From Squalus acanthias (taxonomy: Eukaryota), in assembly GCA_030390025.1 (NCBI GenBank), contig CM059452.1, positions 7,502,001-7,566,000 of the forward strand: a stretch of DNA of 64,000 bases. Direction: 5' to 3'. A program made the position numbers and the translations under genes. Below, one piece after another: positions 24,321 through 36,500 of this stretch; the first letter of the stretch is position 1, and every line of letters starts with the position of its first letter. Under the pieces are notes generated by a model, which saw only the letters and a program-made list of their open reading frames with translations, made no database searches and was not told where the DNA came from.

Positions 24321-26563
24321 TAAATAGTTCAAAGTCTGGCCGTGGTCACATCTCACTAACTACCGATGGACTGTAACACCGTATGTTTACTAATTTAACT
24401 ATATAAACTATTTTTATGAATTAAAAGACAACCGGCCAGTTTGCAGTCAGTAACAGAGACTCCGCTATTTAATAACACAGACAATCTTTTTATATTTTAT
24501 TCCCGTAAATCACACAATGCCTGTAAATTAATTATTAAATATATTCTGCTGTTTATTGAAAATCAGTTCCAGAATGATCAGTGTAAAACTGGCGGACAAC
24601 AATTCAATCAGACCATCTGTGACAGTTAAATTTAATGAGCAAATGGAGGGGAGATTTTGTTGATCAATTTAACATTAATGAGAATTAAACAAAAATCTCA
24701 GATGTATTCCGTTTATGGTCTATAACTCTATCCCGTATACAGCACAGCAATGGGAGAAAGAATGTTATTAAAATCTAAAATCATATTAAGCTTTTGTGAT
24801 TAAATAAATCTTCTTGAATTGGTTATTTGTCTGTCTCCAGCCTTACGCAGTCTGCACCTTCCATGAATTTAAATAGAATCATATGAACAATTCTTGGACT
24901 GCCAGCGACCGCTCAGCCTCTGATCTTACAAATTGTTTAAGATTAGTTTAGTGATTATTGTCTCGCTATCAAACAACAAATAATATTGATGAAATTACAG
25001 GGTTTCCGCTGCTCAGTAAGAACTCAATAACCCAGCAGATTTATTACATTTACAAACTACAATTTACAACACGCATTCAATGCATAATTAAATACAATCT
25101 GTCATTCATCTGTGTGAAACAGGGAGATAACAATTAATTTCAAACCCTCATTGAACTGAACACTGCGGTGGAATCAGTCTGCTGTTATTAAAATAATTTC
25201 AGACATAATCAGAAATTGTCTCCATCTCTAAAATTCTCCGCTCAGGTTAATTGTGACCAGTGCATAGCAGAATTGTGGAAGGAAAATAATGTTTAATATT
25301 ACAGCATATTGAGTGATATTGGACAATATTACCGCATTCTAATCGTTTGAGTTATATTAATTTAACTCTCCTTCAACCAGCAACTTTTTCATTATGTAAT
25401 TCGTAATTACAATAACATTTCACCTATTAAATGTGAGCACCGTAAACCAAAGATTAATAGTTGAATCTGTAATTCTCACTTGAATAAAAAGTTGCAATAA
25501 ATTATATTTAAATGATTTTTGAATTGTAAAACCTACTCGATGTCTGCCTACAATCATCTTTCAAACAGTTTTAAACAGATCAGAAAACCTGCAGCAGTTC
25601 GATGTCACCGAGATTTAACATTGCAGAAACGCCAAACAGTGTCTCAGACTTTAGTTATTCAAAGTAACCCAGGCACACACTCTCCTCAGCAGATAAACAG
25701 CAACTCACATCACTGAGGTGCTGAATCCCGCAACAGAACGTTTTGTGGAGAAGCAACTTAATTCTATGAACCCTTTCAGCAGAATCAAGTGTAACATTGC
25801 AAAGAAATCTCAATACAGAATCCAGCAAACCAATTTATCACTGAACGAATTAGTTATTGAAATAAACATAAATATAAAATAATGACAGCAGAATTGCGAG
25901 TAGACTGAACATGTTTAATAAATTAACATTGATATAGCACAATGCTGTAATATTGGGTGATATTACTACATTATAATAATTTAATTTATATTAATTTAAA
26001 TCTGATTCAGGCTATAAATTTGTTAATTATATAGTTATTAATTACAGTAACTTTTCACGTATTGAATATGACCATTCTTCAACTTTTGATTAATAGATGA
26101 TATTGTAGTTATCACAAATAAAATACCTTAAAATATCTTACATTTATTTAAACCTCTAATGCTTTCTGTTTTCTGCCTGCAATATTCTTTCAAACGCATT
26201 TAAACATTATGTTTGCATTTTAGCAGAAAATCTGCAGCAATTAGATGTCACCGAGATTAAACATTGTCGAAAGGTCAAACAGTCAACAACCGTCAGGTAT
26301 TTAAAGTAACCAAGGCGCACAGTCTCATCAGCAGATAAACACCAAATCACATCAAGCAGGGGCTCCATCGCTCAACAACATTTTTTTCTGGAGAAACTGT
26401 TTAATTCTATTGTTCCTTTGCAGCAGAATCAAATGAAACATTGGAAAAAATCTCAATACAGAATCCACCCGAGTTTCAGTGAATGAATGAATTATTGAAA
26501 TAAACAGAAATATAAAATAAAGGCACAAATACGACAGTTACATAATAAATGAATGTTTCTTAC

Positions 26564-26920
26564 CTGCAGTCACCGTCATCATGGTCCCTTGTCCCCAGTA
26601 GTCGAGATACCCAGCATGTCTTACACAGTAATAGATGGCGGTGTCTCCGGTCCTCAGGTTCTTCATGTCCAACCTGAAGATGCTGTTTGATGTCTCTTTG
26701 GACGCAGTAAATCGGCTCTCAATCCCTGGGGCGTAGCTCTTGCTAAATGAAGTGTAGTAGTGAGCCAGCCACTCCAGCCCCTGTCCGGGAACCTGTCGGA
26801 CCCAATACATCCGATAGCTGCCAAGATTGAACCCGCTGGTTTTACAGGTCAGTCTCAGGGAGCCTCCTGGACTCCCGGTCTCTGCCTCCGGCTGAGTCAA
26901 CACGACATCCGACTGGACAC
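26564..26920 (-). CDS. IGHV: Germline-joined IgH VDJ exon, proximal copy
   Basis: cag|(R)[51 protein letters not shown]...[28 protein letters not shown]|gtaaga; V fused in frame to WGQG J with no intervening RSS. Confidence 0.97.
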
Positions 26921-27049
26921 CTGTAAAAACAATCAAAAACCCCGAGGATTAATCCTGGAGAAATGATTCCTAACTCTTTAACATTCCAGAGAGAGAGACT
27001 AACACTGAGACAGTAACAGTGAGAGACTTGGACAATAAAAACTACTCAC

Positions 27050-27095
27050 GGGATAAGAAAGCCAACAACAGACTGAGAGAAATCGCCGACATCAT
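27050..27095 (-). CDS. IGHV: IgH leader exon, proximal copy
   Basis: MMSAISLSLLLAFLS+C|gtgagt; 46 nt, phase 1, 129-nt intron to the V exon. Confidence 0.95.
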
Positions 27096-27187
27096 CTTCC
27101 TGGCAATGTGTGGGAAATGGTTCTGACAAGAACTCACTGAGCAAACCCGCTCCCGGACTGTTGTATTGCGGTCCCAGTGACCGGCAG

Positions 27188-27268
27188 TTAAATACCCGAC
27201 AGAAGGGGCGAGGTTACAGGCGCCGCCTATTGATTCCCTGATAGAGGCGGCTACTGGATCCACGTCAC
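27188..27268 (-). promoter_or_regulatory. VH promoter: TATA-like TATTTAA and CRE-like GTGACGTGG
   Basis: TATTTAA at 27194-27188, GTGACGTGG at 27268-27260; both conserved in the distal copy; no ATGCAAAT octamer seen nearby. Confidence 0.6.
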
Positions 27269-28731
27269 ACCGTCCACATCACCAACAGAATGGACTCACA
27301 TCTGGACTGTCAATGAAATCCCTTTATTTCCTCACTCCTTCACAGGGGATGTGAATCTCTGAAATTAAATTACATTATCAGGGTCTAAACAGACTGCCAG
27401 TATGTGTTACTCCATCTCCCGCTATCTATCCCCTCATTCTGTGCCAATAAAGTATCCCCTATATTATGAATTGCTTTAGGTCTATGTATCTGAATGCGGG
27501 AGATGGGTAAAGCGATTCTATTTACAATGTGGATTTGGGTCCGGTGATGAGTAGATAGCCCTGACATTATGCAAGAGCCTCTCATTGCGTTTCCCTAACT
27601 GCCCTGAATCTGTGACCCTAAGACAGTCATTTATAAAACTTTGCTGTTAAATAAGTCCGCTTGTCTGATAATTAAGGAGTGAGTTGACGGAGACTCAGAA
27701 GAATGTGGGGCCCGCCCGCTTCAGATCAGCTTTTAGTAAAAAGAAGCTGGTGAATCAAAACTAATAAAGCGATCAGCAAATCCCGGCACCCAAATACTTG
27801 CAGCTAATGTTAATAGCGCCCGACTGTGTAACAGAACCTGGTGTCAGGAACACAGTTTATCAGGACATAGCGGTATGTTACTGAATATCACAAGAATAAA
27901 TGCTTCATCTCCCGCTGAAACAGATCACAACTGGACATTGTTCTGCCCATTGGTAGCCGGGCTCTGAGAGAGCTTGTTTCGGAATCAAAATCAACACAAA
28001 TTAAACTGCACAGTGCGCGGCTGCTAATCAATAATAAGGGAGCCCTTAGTTTCAATCAGGCTCACAACTGTGAGAATATTCAAGGAAGTGCAGCGGGTTC
28101 GAGGCAATTCCACCTATTGTATTATTTACTTTGCGATTCCCACTGATCTCATTACAGTGTGGAAGTGGAGTCATTAAAATCTCTCTCCAGCACTTCGTGC
28201 AGTGCTGAATAAACCGACTGAATTATCTGGAATTATCTTCATTAGGAATTGTTTTAATTAATTGGCATATGAATCAATTGACTATTTCTGATCATATTTT
28301 ATAATATTGTGAACAAGGAATTTACCGAAAATCATTCTTTAGATGTTACACCATGTAAAATGTTTCTTTCTTGTAAGAGCTCTGCTGAATAATTTAATGT
28401 TCAAATAGTTAAATCCCATCTTGTTCCCCAATTCATATTCACGCCAATCTGCCCCACACAGTATTTGGCAGCAACCCAGCCGACTGCCGTCAGGGAGGCT
28501 CGAACAGCCAAATTCATTTACAGGAAGCATCAGGGGCTTCTGTGCAGTGAATCAAAGATCAGTTTCCTCACAACTGACCGCTTGGCTGAAAGCAAACCTC
28601 AAACCCTGAACATTGTGAGTGAGGCCTATTGATAAACAAATCTACCCAGCAACAGTACTGGAGTCAATTTTAATTATTTAGTTGTGTAACTGTGTGTAAC
28701 TCTTCCCACCTCTCAGGAAATATATCCAGCG

Positions 28732-28929
28732 NNNNNNNNNNNNNNNNNNNNNNNNNNNNNNNNNNNNNNNNNNNNNNNNNNNNNNNNNNNNNNNNNNNNN
28801 NNNNNNNNNNNNNNNNNNNNNNNNNNNNNNNNNNNNNNNNNNNNNNNNNNNNNNNNNNNNNNNNNNNNNNNNNNNNNNNNNNNNNNNNNNNNNNNNNNNN
28901 NNNNNNNNNNNNNNNNNNNNNNNNNNNNN
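28732..28929. other. Run of 198 N
   Basis: Ns in the sequence; the paralogous site 49034-49264 is also N. Confidence 0.99.
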
Positions 28930-28959
28930 ACAGAGGATACATTTCGGAATAAATATAGT

Positions 28960-29500
28960 GAATTATAAACAGAGAAAGGGTCTAGTGCAGTAATAACTGA
29001 GACAGGGTCTAGTGTAATATAATAATACACTATTTGAATGGCGGAGCAGGCTCGAGGGGCTAAATGGCCTCCTCCTGTTCCTATGGCCCTATCACCTACC
29101 GTGAGGGCCTCTTCATGGCGGGAACATTTGCTTCAGCAGTAATTCCAAAGCATAGAAAAAGGCGAGTTGCACTTCACTGGCAAAATCGGGAATGAGGAAT
29201 CATTTTGAGCCAAGGTTGTTCTTGGAGGAGTGACTCTTTACGAGTGGAAGAAGTGAGGAGAGGGCTTTTCTCAATTTGTCTAGTGTAATATAAGCAGAGA
29301 CAAGGTCTAGTGTAGTAATAACTGAGACAGGGTCTGGTGTAATACAGACAGAGACAGGGTCGAGTCCAGTATTAACTGAGACAGGGTCTCGTCCAGTATT
29401 AACTGAGACAGTATCTAGTGTAATATAAACAGAGACAGGGTCTAGTGCAATATAAGTTAGAGACATGGTCTTGTATAATAGTAACTGAGGCAGAGTTTAG
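28960..29500 (-). repeat. 27-bp minisatellite units in inverted orientation (interrupted)
   Basis: agagacagggtctagtgtaatataaac units, the reverse complement of the 33590-38025 array; paralog at ~49295-49840. Confidence 0.85.
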
Positions 29501-29810
29501 GGCCTAAACAGATGAAGGCACGGCCGTCAATGGTGTGGCAAAGGGCGTGGGGTTATATGAAAGGCCAGTATTGTAATATGGCAGAAATCTCGTAGTGTTG
29601 TAGGGATGGAGGAGTTTACAGAAATATGGAGCAGCGAGGCCATTTGGACTTTTAGAACAAGTCTGGAGAATTTTAAAATCCAGGTGTTGCCGGACCGGGA
29701 GCCAATGTAGGTCAGTAACCACAGGGGTGATGGATGAACGGGACTTGGTGTCAGTTGGGATGCGGGCAGCAGAGTTTTGGATTCGCTGAAATTGATGGAG
29801 TTTAGTATTA
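29500..29810 (-). mobile_element. L2-type LINE 3' fragment
   Basis: LHWLPVRQHLDFKIL...LAAPY motif; paralog ~49840-50150. Confidence 0.75.
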
Positions 29811-30054
29811 TAACCGCTGGGCTGGTTGGCCCACTGTTTGAGTGTGTGTGCAGTGCCTGACGTCTCATTAAAAGAGCTTTACTGGAGGGAAGATGTGAAG
29901 ACTGATTCCTCTGCTCGAGGAGTCTGGAACGAAAGGTCATCAGATTACAATTGTCAATAAAAGAGAGAGAGGTCAGGAGATATCGGTGTAGGGGGTTGTT
30001 GGAGCATTGGAATATTTTGGCACATAGAATGGCCGAGGCAGAGAACATAAAAGG

Positions 30055-30490
30055 AAGCAGTAGTGCAGTGGTAATGTTACTGGATTAGCAATCCCGAGGC
30101 CTGGGCTAATAATTCATCAATGAAAATCCCACCATGGCATTTCAATTTTTAAAAGCTGGAAATAAATAATTTGGTGTCAGTGAGACTGATCGTGAAACTA
30201 TGGGATTGTGGTAAAACCCCAACTGGTTCACTAATGTCCCTTTGGGGAAAGAACCCTGCCGTCCACATCTGGTCTGGCCTATATACGACTGTAGTCCCAC
30301 ACCAGCGTGGTTGACCCTTAACTGTCTTTTGAAGTGGTCTCGCAGGCCCCTCAGTTGTATGAAACTTTTGGAAAGAGCAGAACTGCAGTGGTTGAAGAGG
30401 AAGACCAGCCACCACCCCCTCAAGGGGCAACTAGGGGATGGGCAGTCAATACCGGCCTTGTCGGGGTGCCCACATCTCGGGAATTAATAA
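30055..30490 (+). mobile_element. tRNA-derived SINE-like element with CR1-type tail
   Basis: agtggtaatgttactggattag head and caaggggcaactaggggatgggca...cccacatc tail; paralog ~50395-50825. Confidence 0.6.
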
Positions 30491-31639
30491 GAATTGGAAA
30501 CTGTTAACAGGCAGTGGCATTCATTTCTGATTGCTGCCAGAGATTGATGGGTAGATGTTTGTAGGAAAGGGTATTAAGGGTAAGGGAAACAAGGCGGGTG
30601 GATGAAGTTCTTATGCAGATCAGCCATGATCTAACTGAATAGCGAAATAGTCTCGAGGGGCTGAATGTCCCCCTCCTGTGTTCCTCTGTTCCTACTGCTT
30701 TATTAATATTGGATACATAAATAAACAAGATCGAGATTGTCTTTTTTGCATGGACTAGTTGGCCCGAATGGCCTGTTTCTGTGCTGTATATTCTATGTAA
30801 ATATGACGCGGCAAAAGATACATTTTATGATTAGAAAACATGATTTACACAGAGCGAGGTGAGAATGTGGAATTCTCTGCCAGAAAGTATATTTGACTCC
30901 GACTCTTGTGGAGGAGTGAAGGGATTTGGGATTCCAGGTACTTTCTAGATCATATCAATTCGTGGTCAATAATTACAACATGCTATGGTTACACAATGAT
31001 CGACACAACTCTCTGTCTATCTGTCTGTTTATGACACATTGAGGAAACATTGTGGATGGAAGAATTCTTATCCTTCTCCTTCGGACTACACCGTGAGATT
31101 GGACCATGTCACAGTCTCCCGCAACCTAACACCTGCAGTTTATGTGTCGGCTCTTGCCCTAAATACACCAGCGTGTGCGGTGTTAAAACACTGAAGTATT
31201 TCCTGGAATCCCCGGCTGTCACCTGTGAAACCCTTAAACTGACCGCTCGATAAATTTTGGCCAAAGAAGAGGTGAAGTTGAATTTATAACAGTAATTTTA
31301 GTCATTCCGCCCTTAATTCCTCCTGATCCATTGCGCCTCTTCTGGTTCGCCTGAGAAATTCCTCTAGGTGAACGTAACTCGGTAAATGCGGAATTATGAA
31401 TCATGTTTAATAAACTCAGGGGACTGTAGTAGATGTTGTTCATCAGCAGGTGGCGACAGTGATCTTATCCAAACATGAATCGTGCAGACGCCGATGTTGC
31501 TGTGCCCACAAGTCACTGTCAGAACAAGGAATATCATTGCTATCAATATTGATAATACTCAGATTACTGCTCAGTCCAATTTTAAGAGAGCATGTACCCT
31601 TAGACATAATCTGAAGGAGAAATAAAGATTGAATTTATT

Positions 31640-32165
31640 TCAATCCACACATTAGGAAGGATGTCAAGGTCTTGGATAGGGTGCAGAGGAGATTTACTAG
31701 AATTGTACCAGGAATGAGGGACTTCAGTTATGTGGAGAGACTGGAGAAGCTGGGATTGTTCTCCTTAGAGTAGAGAAGGTTAAATGGAATTTAATAGAAT
31801 TGTTCAAAAACCATGAAGGGTTTTGACAGAGCTGACAGTGAGACATGTTTCCACTGGCAGCAGTGTCGGTAACCAGAGGATACAGATTTCAGATAATTGC
31901 CAAAAAAACAGCGGGGATATGAGGAGATTTTTTTGCAGCGAGTTGTTGTGATCTGGAATGCACTGCCTGAAAGGGTGGCGGAAGCAGATTCAACAGTATC
32001 TGTCAAAAGGGAATTGGATAAATACTTGAAAGGAAACATTTACAGGGCTTTGGAGACAGTACAGGAGAGTGGAAGTAATTGCATAGCTCAATTGAAAGAG
32101 CTGGAACAGGCACAGGCACGATGGGCCGACTGGCCTCCTTCTGTGCCGTAATATCCCATGATTCA
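31640..32165 (+). mobile_element. CR1 LINE 3' fragment
   Basis: FLQRVVVIWNALPERVAEADS..KRELDKYL remnant; paralog ~51975-52495. Confidence 0.8.
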
Positions 32166-32271
32166 GTGAATTTAAATTGCACGAATCAAAAGATTTGTAA
32201 TTGTATTGTTGAAGTTACTATTTGTGATATTGGTATATGGACGCGGAATATCAACAATGTTAAACGGTATT

Positions 32272-33014
32272 GGCCCAGAAATTGATCTCGCTCTGTTCCC
32301 GCGGGGGTAAGGAGCAGACGCGATCTCTCACTCCGCGTTGGCTTTTTCAGATCCAGCTCGCACGAACTTGATGTTCCAGACATCAGCTGGGCAGTGCTTG
32401 CGTATCCCACCGGCGTAGTGAATTCGTGCGAGCTGTGGGATCACGTGACTCAGTTAGAGCCAATGGCAGCACACCATCTTCCATTCATAAGTTTCACATA
32501 CGTGCTGTGAAAGCTATGAATCTTACACCCCCCCAAAATAACAGCTGAACCTCAATTAAATTTAAAAAAAACCCATCACATTAATAAAATAAGTATAGTT
32601 AAATAAATTAACCATTTTAAATAAAAAATTAAATTTTTGAAAAAATTTAAAATCTTTTAAAAAGTTATAAAAATAAACTTACCTGTCTTTAAAGTCTCTA
32701 AAAAAGATATACCTGTTAAAAAAAATTCAAAAAAATACTTAATTCACTACTTACCTTGTTAAAAGTGAGTCTTACTCCTCCTTTTTCCATTTCTAAAATC
32801 TTCCGTACTTACCTGCGCGTCCAAAGCACTAAGTGCACAGCGTGCGCGCAGCCTGTAGCGCGCACGCGATGCACCGAGGAACCGCCCCCTTTTCCAAAGA
32901 CCAAGTGCCGGTTTTCAGCGCATGCGCAGGGCATGCAGAAAACCGGCAATTGGAGAGAGAATACGCGAGAGTACGCAGTGCGTACTCTCGCGCAGCGGGA
33001 TGAATTTTTGGCCC
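32272..33014. mobile_element. Non-autonomous DNA transposon (MITE, PIF/Harbinger-like), proximal duplicate only
   Basis: Termini ggcccagaaatt...aatttttggccc, 3-bp TSD ATT, empty site ccggt-att-attttaaa at ~52595-52610. Confidence 0.85.
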
Positions 33015-33589
33015 ATTATTTTAAAATAGTTTTGCTGAACTTTCTTTGCGCAAATGTCACCTAAACCCATTAAGCATTTTGGTAGCAGCTTGGCTAAAGT
33101 GACTTTATTCTGGTTCAGAATCAATCGATTGCAGACTTCACATCAAGTTCAGAACGTAAGCACATGATCTAGGCGTCGAATCGGTGCAGCACTGAAAAGG
33201 AACTAACTTTCCTGAACGAATAATCTCTCCGCGCCCGCCGCATCTTGTCTGTTGAGGTGGACATTAAAGCTCCCAGGGTCCCAGACTGTGTCCGGGTCAA
33301 CATTCCTCCCTTCAAGCAAGTTCAAAGGAAATACAGTAACAGGAATCGAGCCACTTTGCTCTTTTGCTGATCTTTCTGTGCGCGAATCGGCCACATTCAC
33401 CTGCAATTAGTTGCACTTCAAATCCTTCGGGAACTCCCATAGAATGTGATGAGGTGGTACTTCAATGCAAGGTGCTTCTTGCAACATTAATATCAGTAAC
33501 AGTAACTGACATCTTAATTTTCCTAATAGGAGCAATGGTAAAGCTTTGCCACCAGGTGGCAGCGAAAACTCGATTGTTTGCCTTCCACT

Positions 33590-36500
33590 AAACAGGCCCT
33601 GCCTCAGTTATTACAGCAGTAGACGCTGTCCCTATTTATATTACACTAGACCCTGTCTCAGTTATTACTGCACCAGAATCTGTCTGTGTTTATATTACAC
33701 TAGACGCTGTCTCAGTTATTACTGCACTAGAACCTGTCTGTGTTTATATTACACTAGAACCTGTCTCAGTTATTACTGCACTAGAACCTGTCTGTGTTTA
33801 TATTATAATAGACCCTGTCTCAGTTATTACTGCACTAGACCATGTCTCTGTTTATATTACACGAGGCCCTGTCTCAGTTTATATTACACTAGATCCTGTC
33901 TATGTTTACATTACACTAGATCCTGTCTCTGTTTATATTACACTAGACCGTTTCTCTGTTTATATTACACTAGATCCTGTCTCTATTTATATTACACTAG
34001 ACCCTGTCTGTATTTATATTACACTAGACCCTGTCTCTGTTTATATTACACTAGACCGTTTCTCTGTTTATATTACACTAGTTCCTATCTCTGTTTATAT
34101 TACACTAGACCCTGTCTCTGTTTATATTATAATAGACCCTGTCTCTGTTTGTATTACACGAGACCCTAACTCTGTTTATATTACACTAGATCCTGTCTCT
34201 ATTTATATTACACTAGACCCTGTCTGTATTTATATTACACTAGACCCTGTCTCTGTTTATATTACACTAGACCGTTTCTCTGTTTATATTACACTAGTTC
34301 CTATCTCTGTTTATATTACACTAGACCCTGTCTCTGTTTATATTATAATAGACCCTGTCTCTGTTTGTATTACACGAGACCCTAACTCTGTTTATATTAC
34401 ACTAGATCCTGTCTCTATTTATATTACACTAGACCCTGTCTGTATTTATATTACACTAGACCCTGTCTCTGTTTATATTACACTAGACCGTTTCTCTGTT
34501 TATATTACACTAGTTCCTGTCTCTGTTTATATTACACTAGACCCTGTCTCTGTTTATATTATACTAGACCCTGTATCTGTTTATATTACACGAGACCCTG
34601 TCTCTGTTTATATTACACTAGATCCTGTCTCTGTTGATGTTACACTAGACCCTGTCTCTGTTTATATTACACTAGATCCTGTCTCTGTTTATATTACACT
34701 AGATCCTGTCTCAGTTTATATTACACTAGACCCTGTCTCTGTTTATATTACACTAGGCCCTGTCTCAGTTATTACTGCAGTAGACCTTGTTTCTGTTTAT
34801 ATTACTCTAGACGCTGTCTCTTTTTATATTACACTAGACCCTGTCTCTGTTTATATTACACTAGACCCTGTCTCTGTTTTTATTACACTAGACCCTGTCT
34901 CTGTTTATATTACACTAGACCCTGTCTCTGTTTATATTACACTAGACCCTGTCTCTGTTTATATTGCACTAGACCCTGTCTCTGTTTATATTACGCTATA
35001 CCCTGTCTCTGTTTTTATTACATTAGACACGGTCTCAGTTATTACTGCACTAGACCTTGTCACCGTTTATATTACACTAGACCCCGTCTCTGTTTATATT
35101 ACACTAGAACCTGTCTCAGTTTATATTACACTAGTTCCTATCTCTGTTTATATTACACTAGACCCTGTCTCTGTTTATATTATAATAGACCCTGTCTCTG
35201 TTTGTATTACACGAGACCCTAACTCTGTTTATATTACACTAGATCCTGTCTCTATTTATATTACACTAGACCCTGTCTGTATTTATATTACACTAGACCC
35301 TGTCTCTGTTTATATTACACTAGACCGTTTCTCTGTTTATATTACACTAGTTCCTGTCTCTGTTTATATTACACTAGACCCTGTCTCTGTTTATATTATA
35401 CTAGACCCTGTATCTGTTTATATTACACGAGACCCTGTCTCTGTTTATATTACACTAGATCCTGTCTCTGTTGATGTTACACTAGACCCTGTCTCTGTTT
35501 ATATTACACTAGATCCTGTCTCTGTTTATATTACACTAGATCCTGTCTCAGTTTATATTACACTAGACCCTGTCTCTGTTTATATTACACTAGGCCCTGT
35601 CTCAGTTATTACTGCAGTAGACCTTGTTTCTGTTTATATTACTCTAGACGCTGTCTCTTTTTATATTACACTAGACCCTGTCTCTGTTTATATTACACTA
35701 GACCCTGTCTCTGTTTATATTACACTAGACCCTGTCTCTGTTTATATTACGCTATACCCTGTCTCTGTTTTTATTACATTAGACACGGTCTCAGTTATTA
35801 CTGCACTAGACCTTGTCACCGTTTATATTACACTAGACCCCGTCTCTGTTTATATTACACTAGAACCTGTCTCAGTTTATATTACACTAGATCCTGTCTA
35901 TGTTTATATTACGTTAGACACTGTCTCTGTTTATATTACACTAGACCGTTTCTCTATTTATATTACACTAGTTCCTATCTCTGTTTGTATTACACTCGAC
36001 CCTGCCTCTGTTTATATTACACTAGACCCTGTCTCTGTTTATATTACACTAGACCCTGTCTCAGTTTATATTACACGAGACCCTGTCTCTGTTTATTTTA
36101 CACTAGATCCTGTCTCTGTTTATATTACACTAGACCCTGTCTGTATTTATATTACACTAGACCCTGTCTCTGTTTATATTTCACTAGACCATGTCTCTGT
36201 TTATATTACATTAGACCCTGCCTCTGTTTATATTAAACTAGATCCTGTCTCTGTTTATATTACACTAGGCCCTGTCTCAGTTATTACTGCAGTAGACCTT
36301 AGAACATAGAACATAGAACAGTACAGCACAGTACAGGCCCTTCGGCCCTCGATGTTGTGCCGAGCATTGTCCGAGACCAAGATCAAGCTATCACACTCCC
36401 TATCACTCTGGTGTGCTCCATGTGCTTATCCAATAACCGCTTGAAAGTTCCTAAAGTGTCCGACTCCACTATCACAGCAGGCAGTCCATTCCACACCCCA

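Noticed and set aside
17823-26563. Unrearranged D or J segments with RSS in the J-C intron
   Set aside because: No heptamer-spacer-nonamer or second WGxG segment found by eye.
26564-26920. VDJ as a processed retrogene or a somatic B-cell contaminant
   Set aside because: Introns and promoter are retained, and the same junction is present in two diverged genomic duplicates.
28440-31200. Possible V relics (TACTGTGTGGGGCAG at ~28455; ctgcag|gtgt acceptor-like site at ~31130)
   Set aside because: No supporting Ig framework residues or RSS; likely chance.
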